From contig OX597814.1 of the NCBI GenBank assembly GCA_951406725.2, forward strand, positions 39,804,001-39,868,000: a DNA stretch of 64,000 nucleotides, given 5' to 3'. The stretch comes from Octopus vulgaris (taxonomy: Eukaryota). Of the stretch, positions 39,880-53,610 are shown piece after piece. Every line of letters starts with the position of its first letter. Positions within the stretch are counted from its first letter, which is position 1. Both the position numbers and the translations under genes were made by a program. The notes under the pieces are model-generated. The model was not told where the DNA came from and made no database searches. It worked only from the letters and a program-made list of their open reading frames with translations.

Positions 39880-41640
39880 ATTAGAAGCAACCACATATTA
39901 TGAAAAGCCCAACACTACAGTCAGCAGAAAATAATGAGAGACCTAAATAAATGTTAAACCTACACAGAGAAGGGCTCACTGACAAAGAATATGACTATAT
40001 TACCAATTTCAAAAGTAAAACCGGTCAATTCTACGGTATTCCCAAGTTACACAAAATTGAGTAAATAAGTAACGCATGCAGGATAGCCACATACATAATA
40101 ATCAAAGTCCCTACTCCCAATGACCTCAAATTGATACCTATAATAGCAGGTCCTACATGCGAAACCCACCGCCTCAGTGACTTTTTAGATACCATCTTAA
40201 AATCATCCTCAAGCATACAAAAGCTACATAAGGGTCGACCTGGATATGTTCAATCACCTTCCTGAAACAATAAACAAAAATATCCTACTTGTATCCTTCG
40301 ATGTAGTCAACCTCTATTCCCATATAGAGGCAATACAATTTTGTCTAGAGAATTACGCCAACGAACCTCCACATCACATCTAATAAGAATTCGTGTTAAA
40401 AAGTGCTAAAATTCATCTTGAAGAATAGCTAAATCCAGGACTGCGATGGGTACAATAATGGCACCCTCCTTTGCTAACCTAGTCATTATCGTATGGATCT
40501 AGAACAATACGGCAGCCCATTCTCCCTCTAGAAAATAACTGGAAGAGATACATGGATGACTGTTTCATTCTTTGGCATGAAAGTATACCCTTAAAGAATT
40601 TCAAGCAATTATAAATAGACTTGACGTAAACATTCACTTCACGATGGAATATAGTTATCAATAACTTCCCTTCCTCGACATCCTCGTTAAGAAATATAAC
40701 AACGTAATAGAAACATACATACTACAAGCCCACGGACTCTACTGTTCAACTCATGCCACCTCAGACACACCAAGTTTCTAATGCAAGCAACAGAGACACA
40801 CGGCAACATGAACTAAAAGATACACTCAACTTCACTAATTGACATATGCTTCCAACGTGCCCTACAACTCAGACATACCAAATTAAAAGATTTACAACCA
40901 AATCCCTACTATACATCTCCACACACAACCCTCTTAACAATGAAGCCTCCGTCACCATCCTTCAAATTATTCCTCTGCTAAAACGGACTACAGAAGGAAG
41001 ATTATCCTCCAAACACACACCATCATTAAAAGCTACAGACAGCCCAGTCTATGAAATGTCTCCTAACACAAGCACGAATACACTCACTGAAGCCGTCAGT
41101 AATAAATGCGGAAGGCCCAACTGTGGGTTATGCGTCAATTTAATTGAGTGATCAGAGATCTCTTTCAAACAGGACACAGTGAATAGCAGCTTTACATGTG
41201 CTTCAAGAATCTTATATACGCACTAGCCTGCTCTTGGTGTCAAGAGCAATACATAGGACAAACAAGAACAGTCTACGTCAAAGGATGGCTCTTCACAGAT
41301 CCCAGATCAAAATTTTTTTAAAAAGCAGAAAAATAGCATTCAGCCAACACATTGATATTTGCACCAATAATAAAAATTCATGCTTCAGTATTTTTCCCTC
41401 TATCAATTCAGGCATGATACAACCTGTATCCAACGAATTAGTAAAGTATCTTTCTTTATCACAAAATACAGACCACTTTTCAACGCATCTACAACAAAAT
41501 ATATATCGACCACGACCTTAGAATAACACACGCAAATATTGAAAATGATAATTCAAAAGAGATTCTTGATGAGAACTCGTGTGTTGAAACAGAAATTGTT
41601 GTATTTGAGGATTTAGCCATTGAAAACACGCGCACTATTT
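39880..41640 (+). mobile_element. Degenerate Penelope-like element (RT plus GIY-YIG) with 3' pLTR
   Basis: FYGIPKLHK, PIIAGP.CETHRLS.FLD, LVSFDVVNLY, GTAMGT.MAPSFANL, WKRYMDDCF, LPFLDIL, KPTDS, KCGRPNCGLC, QYIGQT..LRQRM..HRSQI. A decayed hammerhead lies at about 41562-41606. Confidence 0.9.
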
Positions 41641-42540
41641 ATTCGGTATTCGCTTGCTTCAATTTTATTTCATATTAATTGTATTCCGGCCAGAGTTCAT
41701 TTGTCACAACTCTGTGTCGTCATCAGAGGACCTTTGCTTTCTTCTTTCGTTTTTGTGTCTCTCCTGCTGTATACCTTTATTTGCACATGCGTATAGCTCA
41801 GTGTGTATCTATGTTTGGTGTTTGTGGCAATGTGACTGGTACCTGTATTATCAGCATCCCCTGTTTTTCCCGTTTATTTTATCATATTATATTCATTTTA
41901 TTTATTTGTTTTAATCTACATTTTCTATTTTTGTATTAATTTATTGTCTTTTGCTCATGTATTTAATGATTTAATTTCATTTATTTATCTATCGTATTGC
42001 TTTCATATTATTATTACGTTATGAGGATCTCATTCTGTTATTAGGCTGTGGTGTGGGGTGTGTGCTAGTATTAATGTCAGTTAGGCATCTAATCCACTGT
42101 ATGAACGTGTTTTCATTGGTTTTTCATATAGATGATATTATCCGTCATTCGTACACCTGACAAATGTTTCATATACGGAACAACAAAGCTGCTTCTAAAA
42201 TCTTGAGGATCTTGGATATAAGTGATAGCATAGAATGGTGACTGAATTTGGTTAAACGAGCGTGGCGTGTGTGTGTCAGTGTATGACTACTTGTAAGCAT
42301 ATATGCTTATATGCGAGCCAATTTTCGGTTAAAGGAACAGAAATAAAGGCTATGAAACGGGTAGGATTATTAAATAAGGGAAAGATATTAACAAAAGCTT
42401 TGTTATCATAATACAAAGAAAACGAAAAAAATTACACAATTACACATTTAGATGTTTAAATATATTCATGCATATTACCTCTTGAAGAGATTTCAGAAGT
42501 AGCTTTTTTCGCTTACGCGTGCGCAAGCGCACACACATAA

Positions 42541-42635
<95 letters not shown>

Positions 42636-42740
42636 TACACACACACACAAATAGTGCTGCAAGAACCCTGATGTGAAGTCGTGTGTTGAAACAGATACTG
42701 TTGCATTTCGGGACAGTCATTTTATTTATTTATTATTATT

Positions 42741-43017
42741 TATTTTTTTTGCCTAATAAACACACGCATTATATGCTCACCTCTCGTTTATTACTGTTCT
42801 TATATTAATTCATATCCATTGTCCGGAAATCTTTCGCCACACATCTGCGACATGAGAGGAAATAAGCAGAGCAAGAGAACACACGAAGACAGAATGTGTC
42901 GCTGAGGAATTCAAGGTGTGTGACGGAAGATTTCCGGGCAAATGGCATGAGTTAGAATTCGACAGTAGTAATGAAGACCGTATATATACAGCGTGTGTTT
43001 ATTAAGCAAAAAAATAC
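42741..43017. repeat. ~275-bp foldback of inverted pLTR-like arms with decayed hammerhead
   Basis: Arms 42741-42846 and 42915-43017. CTGAGGA...TGAC G(G)AA GATTTC at 42902-42934. Confidence 0.65.
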
Positions 43018-43087
43018 GATCATCTCGAAATACAATATATATATTGGTGTGTTTGTACATGACATGCATCCATTTCCAAGTAAGTTT

Positions 43088-43121
<34 letters not shown>

Positions 43122-43164
43122 AGAGAGAGTGAGAGAGAGAGAGAGAGAGTATGTATGTATGTAT

Positions 43165-43219
<55 letters not shown>

Positions 43220-43305
43220 TACATATGTATACATATATATGTAGTAGAAGTAACGGAGTGACTCAAACTATATGCACACGTTCGCACGCGCACGCATGTA
43301 GTAAA

Positions 43306-43434
43306 GAGGAAGAAGAAGAAGAAGAAGAAGAAGAAGAAGAAGAAGAAGAAGAAGAAGAAGAAGAAGAAGAAGAAGAAGAAGAAGAAGAAGAAGAAGAAGA
43401 AGAAGAAGAAGAAGAAGAAGAAGAAGAAGAAGAA
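43306..43434. repeat. (GAA)n microsatellite
   Basis: Direct reading. Confidence 0.99.
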
Positions 43435-43676
43435 TCATAGAACAAAAATTGAAAACTGTAAAATGCTGAACTATTCATGCGGGTAAGACTAACATTTGAA
43501 CATATAATGTATAAGATGTGGTGTAATTATCAGAGAGCATGCATATTGGGAGATATGTGACTTACATCAACGTTTATGAATAGTAAAATGCAATTCACAG
43601 AACAAGAGAGCGTACAAATTTGTAATGTCTAATTCTTTCAAAATTGTAGAAATGAATGACATCTCTATGAACTTAC

Positions 43677-43755
43677 CAATATTTCACACACTTTAACTGT
43701 AAAATTGTTGACACTTTTTCATACATGAAACACTTGTACATTGAAAAGGAGACAC
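43677..43755 (-). CDS. Coding exon (79 nt, phase 1-2) of a CatSper-epsilon-like gene
   Basis: Acceptor ttttcag and donor TTG|gtaagt. Peptide GVSFSMYKCFMYEKVSTILQLKCVKY. Its C-x13-C (CF...K.S...QLKC) matches recalled CATSPERE CFVLNKSSPTTELRC. Confidence 0.68.
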
Positions 43756-45159
43756 CTGAAAACTGATAGCTTTTCTGTCGTTCACCAAGGAAAAGGAATA
43801 AATTATTTTCTTGCACATTCCTCTTATGACATTCGTTTCTGGTATGAATGCTTTGTAGCTTAAAGGATACGCAGTACTTCTATATTCATTTATATATATG
43901 TTTCGACAAATGTATGTGCTTGAAATCATTGGCATTAAGCAAGTTTATAGAGGACGATCACTTCAGCTTCATATGAAATCGTATCCCTTGTATCTAACAG
44001 TGAGAATATATCTGTTAAATTCCATATTGAACTTGAATATTACGCAAAATACTAAGAAGTAGTAAAAGTATTTCTAGAAAACGTATTTTCCCGAACTATA
44101 CTGCTTAACATTACTTACGAAGTAAATTCATTAATGACAAGGTGTTGCATCATGATTATACATTATTCTCCCTTAAAATACAGGGTTTGCATTCCACGTA
44201 ATAAAGATCAGATATATCAGGGTTGTCTGGAATTAAGTATGCATAAGCAATAACAATGCATTCGATTACACATATATCTATCATAAATAAAATTATATGT
44301 TCAAATCAGAATGGTGTTGTGTCGAAACTTGCTGCCATAGTTTCCGTTAGACGCAATAGAATTAAGGAAACCTATTTAAACAATTTCGCGATTTTTCTAT
44401 TTGCCATATTTGTTGAGCAAAATTGATCTTAGAAGCAGAGAAAAAATATTAGCTTTTCTGAAGACACCGATGGACGCTCATCTCAAACTCGTAGTTTAAC
44501 CATTTTAAATCCACATCATATACATATCGATTTCAAGTTTGTTTATCGGTTCACAATAGAATATATAGCATATCAGAGTGTTAAGAACCAGGAATATGAA
44601 TGAGTCACGTAAGCTAAGCCTCTTGGATTTAAAGAAATATTTCGTACAAAACTCAAAACCGCAGAGTACGCAATATGGTTGCCACATAGGTATCAATGTG
44701 GAAGGGAGATATGAAGGAAGGTCAATACTTAAATATCTCCGCGTAAAAATACATTAATCAAAACAAATTATTGAGAGAAAAAATACAAAAGATTCCTACG
44801 TAAATTAAAATTACTACGCTAAAGGAACACAACACGAAAAACGAATACATCATATTTCATAAATATCATTATAGTATACAACTCAACCGATGTATTATTT
44901 TTGAGCACAATTCCCAGAATCATTTTTTGTTGAAAGGATTATAGTTTTGCACACGCGGTCTTGAAATACAAAAAAGTATATACATACATACACGCAAAAA
45001 ATAATAGATTTATGATTTCTGAGAGATAGATAGAGAGAACGGGAGTAGTGAATGCTCAATTTTCTTTATTACAGTGAAAGATTGGCATACATATGCACAT
45101 ACATTAACACAGATTGAGAGCGCGGTGTATAGATGTATATGTACACATGTTTATACATT

Positions 45160-45231
<72 letters not shown>

Positions 45232-45888
45232 CACACGTTCAGATATATGTGTGTGTATATTAATATTAAAATATATATCTAGGTATATAGGTATATATAC
45301 ATATTATACAATCATATATATATAAATATATGTATAGAAAACTTATATATGACTGTATATACGCGTGTAAGTGTATATCTAACAGGGAGAGAGATCTTCT
45401 TTTTGTGTCTTTAATGCAATGCCTAGAAAGAATTAAGAGATGTGTAAGTAATTTCATTATATGTAGCTTCGCGACATTTCCATCCTGTATTTGACATAAG
45501 TTTTCACTCAATTTTCGCGTAGGAAATCTAATTTTCCAAAAATCCATTTATTTAGCGTGGAAATTATAATTGGTTGCAATATCAAAGTGTCCGTATGAGT
45601 TGCACCAGATGTACTAATGTATCGATTTAATATTTCACTTTAAGATTGTGAAATCTTAGAAAGGAAGAAATTCACGGTAAAATATGTCATTGAAAACTAT
45701 TAATCTTTCAAATCAGGTTGTGTGGACCTTGCATATAACATAATTTTCATTCATCAGGTCAAACACACAAAGACACACTTACGCATATTTGATATGAATG
45801 CATATATGTGCGTGTGTGTTTGTGTGTGTGTGTAAGTGTTTGCGCATGTGTGTGCGTATGTATGTGTGAACGTATATATATACATACA

Positions 45889-45956
<68 letters not shown>

Positions 45957-45979
45957 CATACATATACATATGTATACAA

Positions 45980-46048
<69 letters not shown>

Positions 46049-46137
46049 TATATAGGAGTGCGGAAGTGTGTGTGCGTATGAATGTGTGCATGTATATACA
46101 TATATATATATACGTATATATACAAACACACACACAC

Positions 46138-46172
<35 letters not shown>

Positions 46173-46891
46173 GTGGATACATCCATATCAATATCTATGT
46201 AAATGCATAAATGTTTACATATACAATATGTGTGTCCATGTGTGTGTGTATATATGCATATGTGTATATATGTGTGTGTTTGTGTGTGTCTGTATATGTA
46301 CGTATATGTATAAGTATGAATATATGTATACCACGCCTGTTAGAGAGGACGAGTTAAACTGAAGTGATATTCGGGAACATGGAAGTTTCACGTTACCTGT
46401 TTTTAAGTATAATTTAATGTATACATCAGAATTATTTTATCAAGATTTTCTTGTTTCCACTAGCGTTCACTGTATCAACAGAAATGCAAATGATAAGAAA
46501 TCTTATATTACTACATCTGGTGCAAGTCATACAGCCAGCTTTTATATTGCAACCAATTATGAATTCCACAATAATAAACGGATTCTGAGTAAATTAATTT
46601 GCCAGCGCGACAATTGAATGAACGCTTAAGTTCAATGCAAGATTGAATTGACACAATACTACAGATAATGAAAATGTTTAATGTTCTATTAATTCTGGGT
46701 ATTATAATAAACATCCCAAAATGTATACACTGACACACACACAATCAGACTCTTAGGCATACATTACTCAAGTCAGTTGTAGTTAGTGCACAGACTAGAA
46801 AACAGAATAACCTATATATAGCGTAATGATTGATATCGTATCTTGTATAACGCATCACATGTTCACACATACACAAATCATATATACATAC

Positions 46892-46922
<31 letters not shown>

Positions 46923-48193
46923 CGCATACATATCTGCATCCATACATACGTACATATATACATACATACATGCATACATACATACTAACATACATACATA
47001 CATACATACATACATACATGTATATTGGATATCTTATATGTACAGTTATACGTCTACAGTGTTCAAGCTCTTTGTTTAATATAGGCATCCAGTCTGCTCC
47101 TCGTATTGTGGCTTTGTTTCTATTCTATTTAGTAGCGTTACTGGTTATGAAATACAAATCAAGTTTAGTACAAATTTCGATAATACGTTTATATCATTTT
47201 TTGTTCTCGGGAGAATATATTCCAAAATTTGTTTTCTCATTATCCCTAAAAGTCACTACAGCTATAAAAATCAAATGCATTCCATGCACATGATTGCAAT
47301 GAACGCACCCATATTATATTACTATTTACACTCCAAGGCGTTTACCCAACGAAATTCAGCTTTGAGAGAAATAAAATTCTTGTCTTAAATTCCATTGCGT
47401 TGTGTTACCGTTTCATATTACTAGAAAACATAATTTCAAATAATTTCTTTCAGTAAAAATTTGAATACTTTATATTCATATTCCAAAATTATTAACCCCT
47501 ACGTAGATAGATTCAACAAATCTCATTTAACTGCGCTGAGAAATATAAAATGGAGATTTTAGCAAGCATCTAGTGAAAACATATAAATAAAAAAACATCA
47601 TTTGAAATATGATAGCAAATGAAATATTTTGAATCTGGCTTCAGTCTATTAACCACCTGCTTCATCATAAAAATGTACTCACATGTATACATGCAAATAT
47701 ACCCAAGAAATTCCACAAGCATATAACGCACTTAAAAAAAACTAAAACTCTTTCGTATTATATGGAAGAAACAAACACTGAAAATAAAATACAAGAAAGA
47801 AAGTTAAGAAAAAGCAAAATCTGTCTATTAGGAGAAGCAAACAAGACAAGAATTTACCCCATACTCCATGACGTAAAATGCTATATCATATGACCTATCA
47901 TTTCACTACAGAATTCTAAGAACTTTGAGGATTCATGTCAACAATGCGAACGATATGCATTAAACTTGTCTCTCAGAAGTGAGCGATTACATTCAAGGAC
48001 ATTATTCCCCGAAACAAGAGTGCCCTTATGAGCCTGCTACAAGTTTGCGAAAGAATCTGCCCTGGTGGAATATATGACAGCGCACAACTGTTTCAAGAAG
48101 ACAGCTGACTAACTGCAGACACTAGGCGGTTAAAAGTTGTAGTGAATAAACAATTTCAAAGAGTCTCCAACTCTCCACACACACACAGACACT

Positions 48194-48237
<44 letters not shown>

Positions 48238-48306
48238 CGAACACACACACACACGCACACACACACACATACAAGAACAGATCTGTTGTTATTTTTCATA
48301 ATTCAC

Positions 48307-48426
48307 CTCTCTCCGAACCTGCATCTCGCGTGATCTGAAGGATAATTGTGGACCGTATATTTAATACAAAGTGCGTTTCTTCATTAACCCAAGGACTAGA
48401 GATATAATCCAGGGCAGTAATCAAGA
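48307..48426 (-). CDS. Coding exon (120 nt, phase 1-1) of a CatSper-epsilon-like gene
   Basis: Branch-like tgctaac, pyrimidine tract, atttcag acceptor and GAG|gtgaat donor. The only open frame is LITALDYISSPWVNEETHFVLNIRSTIILQITRDAGSER. RSTIILQ compares with recalled RSTIKLE. Confidence 0.7.
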
Positions 48427-48742
48427 CTGAAATATTAGAGGAGGCAAAGTCCAACAAAAACCAAACCAAGTTAGCAATTACAAACAGTTCTATGCATTGT
48501 TCCAATGATGGGAAGGGAGGGTATGTCAGAAAGGCATATATCTATACTTGCAGATCTGATTTAGTATATTGTACAGCAAAGGTTCTCAACTCATTTTCGC
48601 CAAACGCCCCATTTTGACCCTTGGAGTTACAAATGGTCCCCGCTACAAAATATTTTTATTTTGATATCAGCAGATGACGATTAAAAAATAAAGGACGTTT
48701 TTTTACGTATGCATTTGTACGCAATCGGTAGTACAAATGTAC

Positions 48743-48953
48743 TAAGGCGGCGAGCTGGCAGAAACGTTAGCACGACGGACGAAATGCTTAGCAGTATTTC
48801 GTCTGCAGTTATGGTCGACTTTGCCTTTCATCCTTTCGGGGTCGATAAATTAAGTACCAGTTACGCACTGGGGTCGAAATAATCGACTTAATCCGTTTGT
48901 CTGTCCTTGTTTGTCCTCTCTGTGTCTAGCCCCTAGTGGGTAGTAAAGAAATA
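48743..48953 (+). mobile_element. SINE family C with 16-bp TSD
   Basis: TSD GGTAGTACAAATGTAC at 48727-48742 and 48954-48969. Small internal deletion relative to 61905-62140. Confidence 0.92.
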
Positions 48954-49629
48954 GGTAGTACAAATGTACAGATTGAAATGCAAAGAACCGAAATGAATAC
49001 AAGTTTGGTAATTTCGTTTATTTCCACCACGTGACACGTACTCTTTGGTACAAGTAAACGCCGATGAAATCATTTCATTCCTTTCCGATTTCCCTTATCA
49101 AAACAGCTAGAACTTGTGTAACAATCTGACATATAAACTATTGTCACCCGGGAAGAAGATTTTGATGAGAGTGTGGATTTAGTTAGTTTGAGTGACAAAA
49201 TCACCCCACTTTTAAAATTAAGTAAAAAATCTGAAAATATGACATATTCAACATATTCATTTCTTATTCATTTGAACCAAAGAATTGATTGAGAAAAATT
49301 TGACGAAAAAGTTACAGACGTTTAAAAATCGAAACACTGTCTATTTTTAGCCAGTACTAAACTTTCATTGTAGCGAACGTTGTCGAATTTAAGGTTGCAC
49401 CCTGTGTAACATTGTACGCTGTGTGACCTGTTCATTCTAGCTTTCTAAATAAAGATAAATACCTTAAGAAGTCATGTTATTATTATTATATGTTTGTTGT
49501 TATATTAATGTTTTTGTCTATATGTGTTTGGATAAATTTTAAAGTTTAGTGTCTTACCTGTTCATTGTCGGTTTCTAAAAAAGCAGAAATACCTAATTTC
49601 GTTCTAGGTTTCTAAATAAACAGAAATAC

Positions 49630-49763
49630 CTTGCTAACCAACCACATGGTTCCGGGTTCAGTCCCACTGCGTGGCATCTTGGGCAAGTGACTTCTGCTAT
49701 AGCCCCGGGCCGACCAATGCCTTGTCTGTGGATTTGGTAGACGGAAACTGAAAGAAGCCTGTC

Positions 49764-49831
<68 letters not shown>

Positions 49832-50020
49832 TTGTGTGTCTGTGTTTGTCCCCCTAGCATTGCTTGACAACCGATGCTGGTGTGTTTATGTCCCCGTCAC
49901 TAAGCGGTTCGGCAAAAGAACCGATAGAATAAGTACTGGGCTTCGATTTGCTCGACTAAAGGCGGTGCTCCAGCATGGCCGCAGTCAAATGACTGAAACA
50001 AGTAAAAGAGTAAAAAGAGT
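49630..50020 (+). mobile_element. SINE family B, slightly 5'-truncated
   Basis: Reverse complement of 35695-36140, ending in (GTAAAAGA)n. Confidence 0.9.
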
Positions 50021-50059
50021 ATGTATCATCTTACCCTTTCTTTTGTCTCTTCATTGATT

Positions 50060-53000
50060 GTATGTTTTTATTTCTTAAAAACTTGTTATATTAATATATT
50101 TACCTGCATATGTTTACTTTATGCGTATTTCAGTATTATTTATACCTGCCAGGTATTTGCGTACGTCATTGATATATAAGTGCATGTGTGTATGTATGTA
50201 TGTATGTATGTATGTATGTATGTATGTATGTATGTATGTATGTATGCATGTATGTATTATGTATGTGTGTGTCTCCAAAACTCAAAAGTTGAGTAACGTT
50301 TTTATAGTTTGATTTGTAAACTGCGATAAGAACAACACAGGTCAACAAAGAATTTGTCTCAAGAAAGAGAATACCTGTATATTATGCTTTTGCATGCAGA
50401 ATTCCAAAATAATGTCAAATTATCTGTATCAAGTTCACATACTCCATTTACTTTCATAATGCCAAGAATCTGTATCAACTTTTGCTATTTATGAAAAATA
50501 TGTAAAATATGAAGGCAATTGACGAAAAATATCTATAATAAAACTGTAATTGATTAATATAAATTTTTATTAAAACAAAACACTCAGGTGAAGTAAAATT
50601 CGTGGTGTGAAGAATCAATACATGCGGGTGAAACTCAACAAAATGTGCGGTTGTTATGTTAATAGCTGTTAATGCCTCACTTACTTGGCTATAATTACCC
50701 AAATTTCCAAAATTTAATTCCAAATAACATAAGATTCTTTAATTTATGCGATAAAGTAATTTGTTGATCGTAATCAAAATTCTCAGTTGCATCGATACAC
50801 CAAAATTAAAAGCAATCTGAGCAAAATTAAAGGGGGCTCATTTTGTTAATGAAAAAAAAACTACATCCCCTCCAGTGTTAAGCGCTGTTCTAACCACTGA
50901 GTATGGCCAATAATAATGTAAAATATCACTAGGCAGAAAACGAAATCAGTGCACTGATAAACGCTTGGCATACTCACCATAACGATAGCGTAAAGTCTAC
51001 GGTAAATCACCGAAAATTTATCGTCACTGTCCTTGTACAGTTCTCTAAAACAGATCAAAAACAAAATAAAAGAAATCACAAGATCATTTCACGCGCACAT
51101 TGAAACGCTAGTAACTATATTTGTCAATGTAGTGCACCAACTTGCCCAAGGCCAATAGTTAACAATAGTTAGCCAGTAGTTAACAAAATCCCCCTTGATA
51201 TCGCTACATAAACAAATTTACCCCCCACCTAACACTATTGTGTAAAGTCAGGACTCACTATCACAACAACAACAGCCTGCTACTGCTACTACATCGGAAT
51301 CATCTTGTTTGGTATCACTATCTGACCTGTTTCCACCCAGCCCTACTGTTGCAAGCGAAGTTTTACTGCTGCTTCAACAACTTCTACTGCTACTGTTACT
51401 GTAAGAGGACCACTGACCAATGAGTTTGCCAATATATAAAAACCTCTACTATCCTCACGTGAAAAATCCTATCTGTACCATTCCCAAGGTAACTGTAGAT
51501 TTGGCCCCAACGGCACCAACAACAAAGAACGCAGTTTTTTTCTTTCACATCTTACTTTATGCCGTAGACTGGTATAACTGGGATAAAAATACGGATCTAT
51601 TTTGTTTTCGCTGCCAGATTTCAAGAATTGAAGTTTACCGAATATTTTTTTTAAATTTGGCACAGTAATATACTTTTCCAAACTGAATTGCTGGAGTTAT
51701 TTCACTTTTTCCAGGAAAAGGATCTTTTCGGTTTGCACGGCAGTTTTTAAAACTAATTTCTATGTAACTAAATAATTTTAAACTTCGTATACTGGTAAAA
51801 TGTGTTTATAAATCATCTTTTCTCTTGGCTTTCTTGAGAAAATTCTATAGTTTGTAAGTTATTTGGTCTTTCATTTCTTGCATTTCCGCAATTTCAACCA
51901 CTGAATGAAGTCTATTGATGTGAAAACGATTTCTGCCGTAACATTTTATGGCGGCGTCATATGAAAATGTCCCTGTTTTTTTATGAGAAAAAAGATACTC
52001 TGCGGCCATAAACAGAGCTGGATAACAAAACCGTTCGCTCTTTAGTGTCCACCCATAATTATGACCCTAGTATCGATCTATTGTATTTCAATCTGTTAGG
52101 CTGGGGTTAGGGTTAGGGTTACGTTTAAGGTTAGAGTTTAGGTTAGGGTTATGGGACGGGGGGAAGGGTATATTTTTTCCTTCAGAAATATAAATAAAGC
52201 CAATCTGTTTCTTAAACGAGGGACATTTTCATATTTCACCGCCAGAAAATTTTGCGGCAGATAATGTTTTCACCGAAATAGATGTCATTGATTGGTTGAA
52301 ATTGCCAAAATTGAAGAAAATATCTTACAAATGTCTTACAAGCTACAGAATTTTCTCAAGAAAGCCAAGAGAAAAAGATGTTTTATAAAAACATTCTACC
52401 AGTATACGAAGTTTCAAAGTGTTTAGTTACTTAGAAATTATATTAAAAAACTGCCGTTCAAACCGAAAAGATCACAAGAAAATATTTTTAAATAGTTATA
52501 GAGATTTAAATTTTCATCATTTTCACCCGGTTACGAAACAATATTTCGAAGCTGTCATTTTTTTGCGTGATTGCACATTTTGCCGTCAGCATCCTGAAAA
52601 TAGTACTCGTTGTCAATATTTGTAAACAACGCGTGTTTTATAATTTGAAGCGTTCAATATGCATTTAATGCGATAGCACGAACTGAAAAGATTTATTCAA
52701 AAATTGTTATGTAACTGTTCTTTTTAGCACACCTCACGACCACCTCAATGACAAAAAGAGACGAGTAAACAAGTAGTTTTAAGTGCTCAATATGCGTTTA
52801 ATGGAAATGCGATGAGCAACACGTTACATGCGATAAATACATTATAATTTTGGCCTACAAATGTTTTCAGTACAGTTTTAACAGCAAGATTTGGAAGAAT
52901 TAGAAGAAAGTTCTCCGTGAATTTTCTTTCATGTAAATAACTGTTTATGTTAATTTCAAAAATATAGCCAAAAAACTTTATGTAGATGTTAGTTTTTACC

Positions 53001-53610
53001 ACACCTCAATGACAAAAAGAAACGAGTAAACAAGTAGTTTTAAGCATTCAATATGCATTTAATGCAAATGCGATGAACAGCACGTTAAAAATTAAATATT
53101 AACAAATTGTTGACGAGTTCATAATTTCAAATGCTATCATGTATGTTTTATATTAATATATTTGCCTGTATGCGTTTACTTTATGCGTATTTCAGTATCA
53201 TGTATACCTGCCATGTATTTGGTACATCATTGATATATAAGTGCATGTGTGTATGTATGTGTGTGTGTCTGTTTCCAAAACTCAAAAGTTAAGTAACGAT
53301 TTTATGTTTGGATTTGTTATCTCCGATAAGAATAACACTGGTCAACAAAGACTCTGTCCCAAGAAAAAGAATACCTGTATCTTAAGTTTTTGCATGCAGA
53401 ATTCCAAAATAATGTCAAATTATCTGTACTAAGTTCACACATTCCATTTAACTTCATAATGCCAAGAATCTGTATCAACTTTTGCTATTTATGAAAAATA
53501 TGTAACACGTTAACACAATTGACGAAAAATATATTAAATTGTAATTGATTAATATAATTTTTTTTATTATAACAAAACACTCGGGTGAAGTAAATCTTGT
53601 GGTGTGAATT
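50060..53610. repeat. ~500-bp direct repeat pair (50060-50610 and 53140-53607)
   Basis: Long alignable blocks such as tgcatgcagaattccaaaataatgtcaaattatctgta and gccaagaatctgtatcaacttttgctatttatgaaaaatatgtaa. Confidence 0.9.
51721..52473. mobile_element. Non-autonomous foldback/MITE with ~270-bp TIRs and a (TTAGGG)-like core
   Basis: GATCTTTTCGGTTTG(C/A)ACGGCAGTTTTT termini. Arms about 51721-51997 and 52203-52473. ggttagggttagggtt at 52105-52151. Confidence 0.88.

Noticed and set aside
41683-41732. Minus-strand CTGATGA plus long stem
   Set aside because: GAAA is mutated and there is no stem III or closing stem I. At best a truncated relic.
42120-42245. Candidate missing exon (YIQDPQ)
   Set aside because: Another frame reads LSLISKILK followed by a DNI-like word, better explained as LINE RT debris.
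48307-48426. Calx-beta domain interpretation of this exon
   Set aside because: The next in-frame exon supplies a C-x13-C motif fitting CatSper-epsilon, not Calx-beta.
49558-49574. 17-nt minus-strand micro-exon
   Set aside because: It lies in a locally repeated motif (also near 49425-49465) and is phase-incompatible as a link between 50978 and 48426.
52103-52151. True telomere or chromosome fusion site
   Set aside because: The tract is short, degenerate, single-orientation and centred inside a TIR element.
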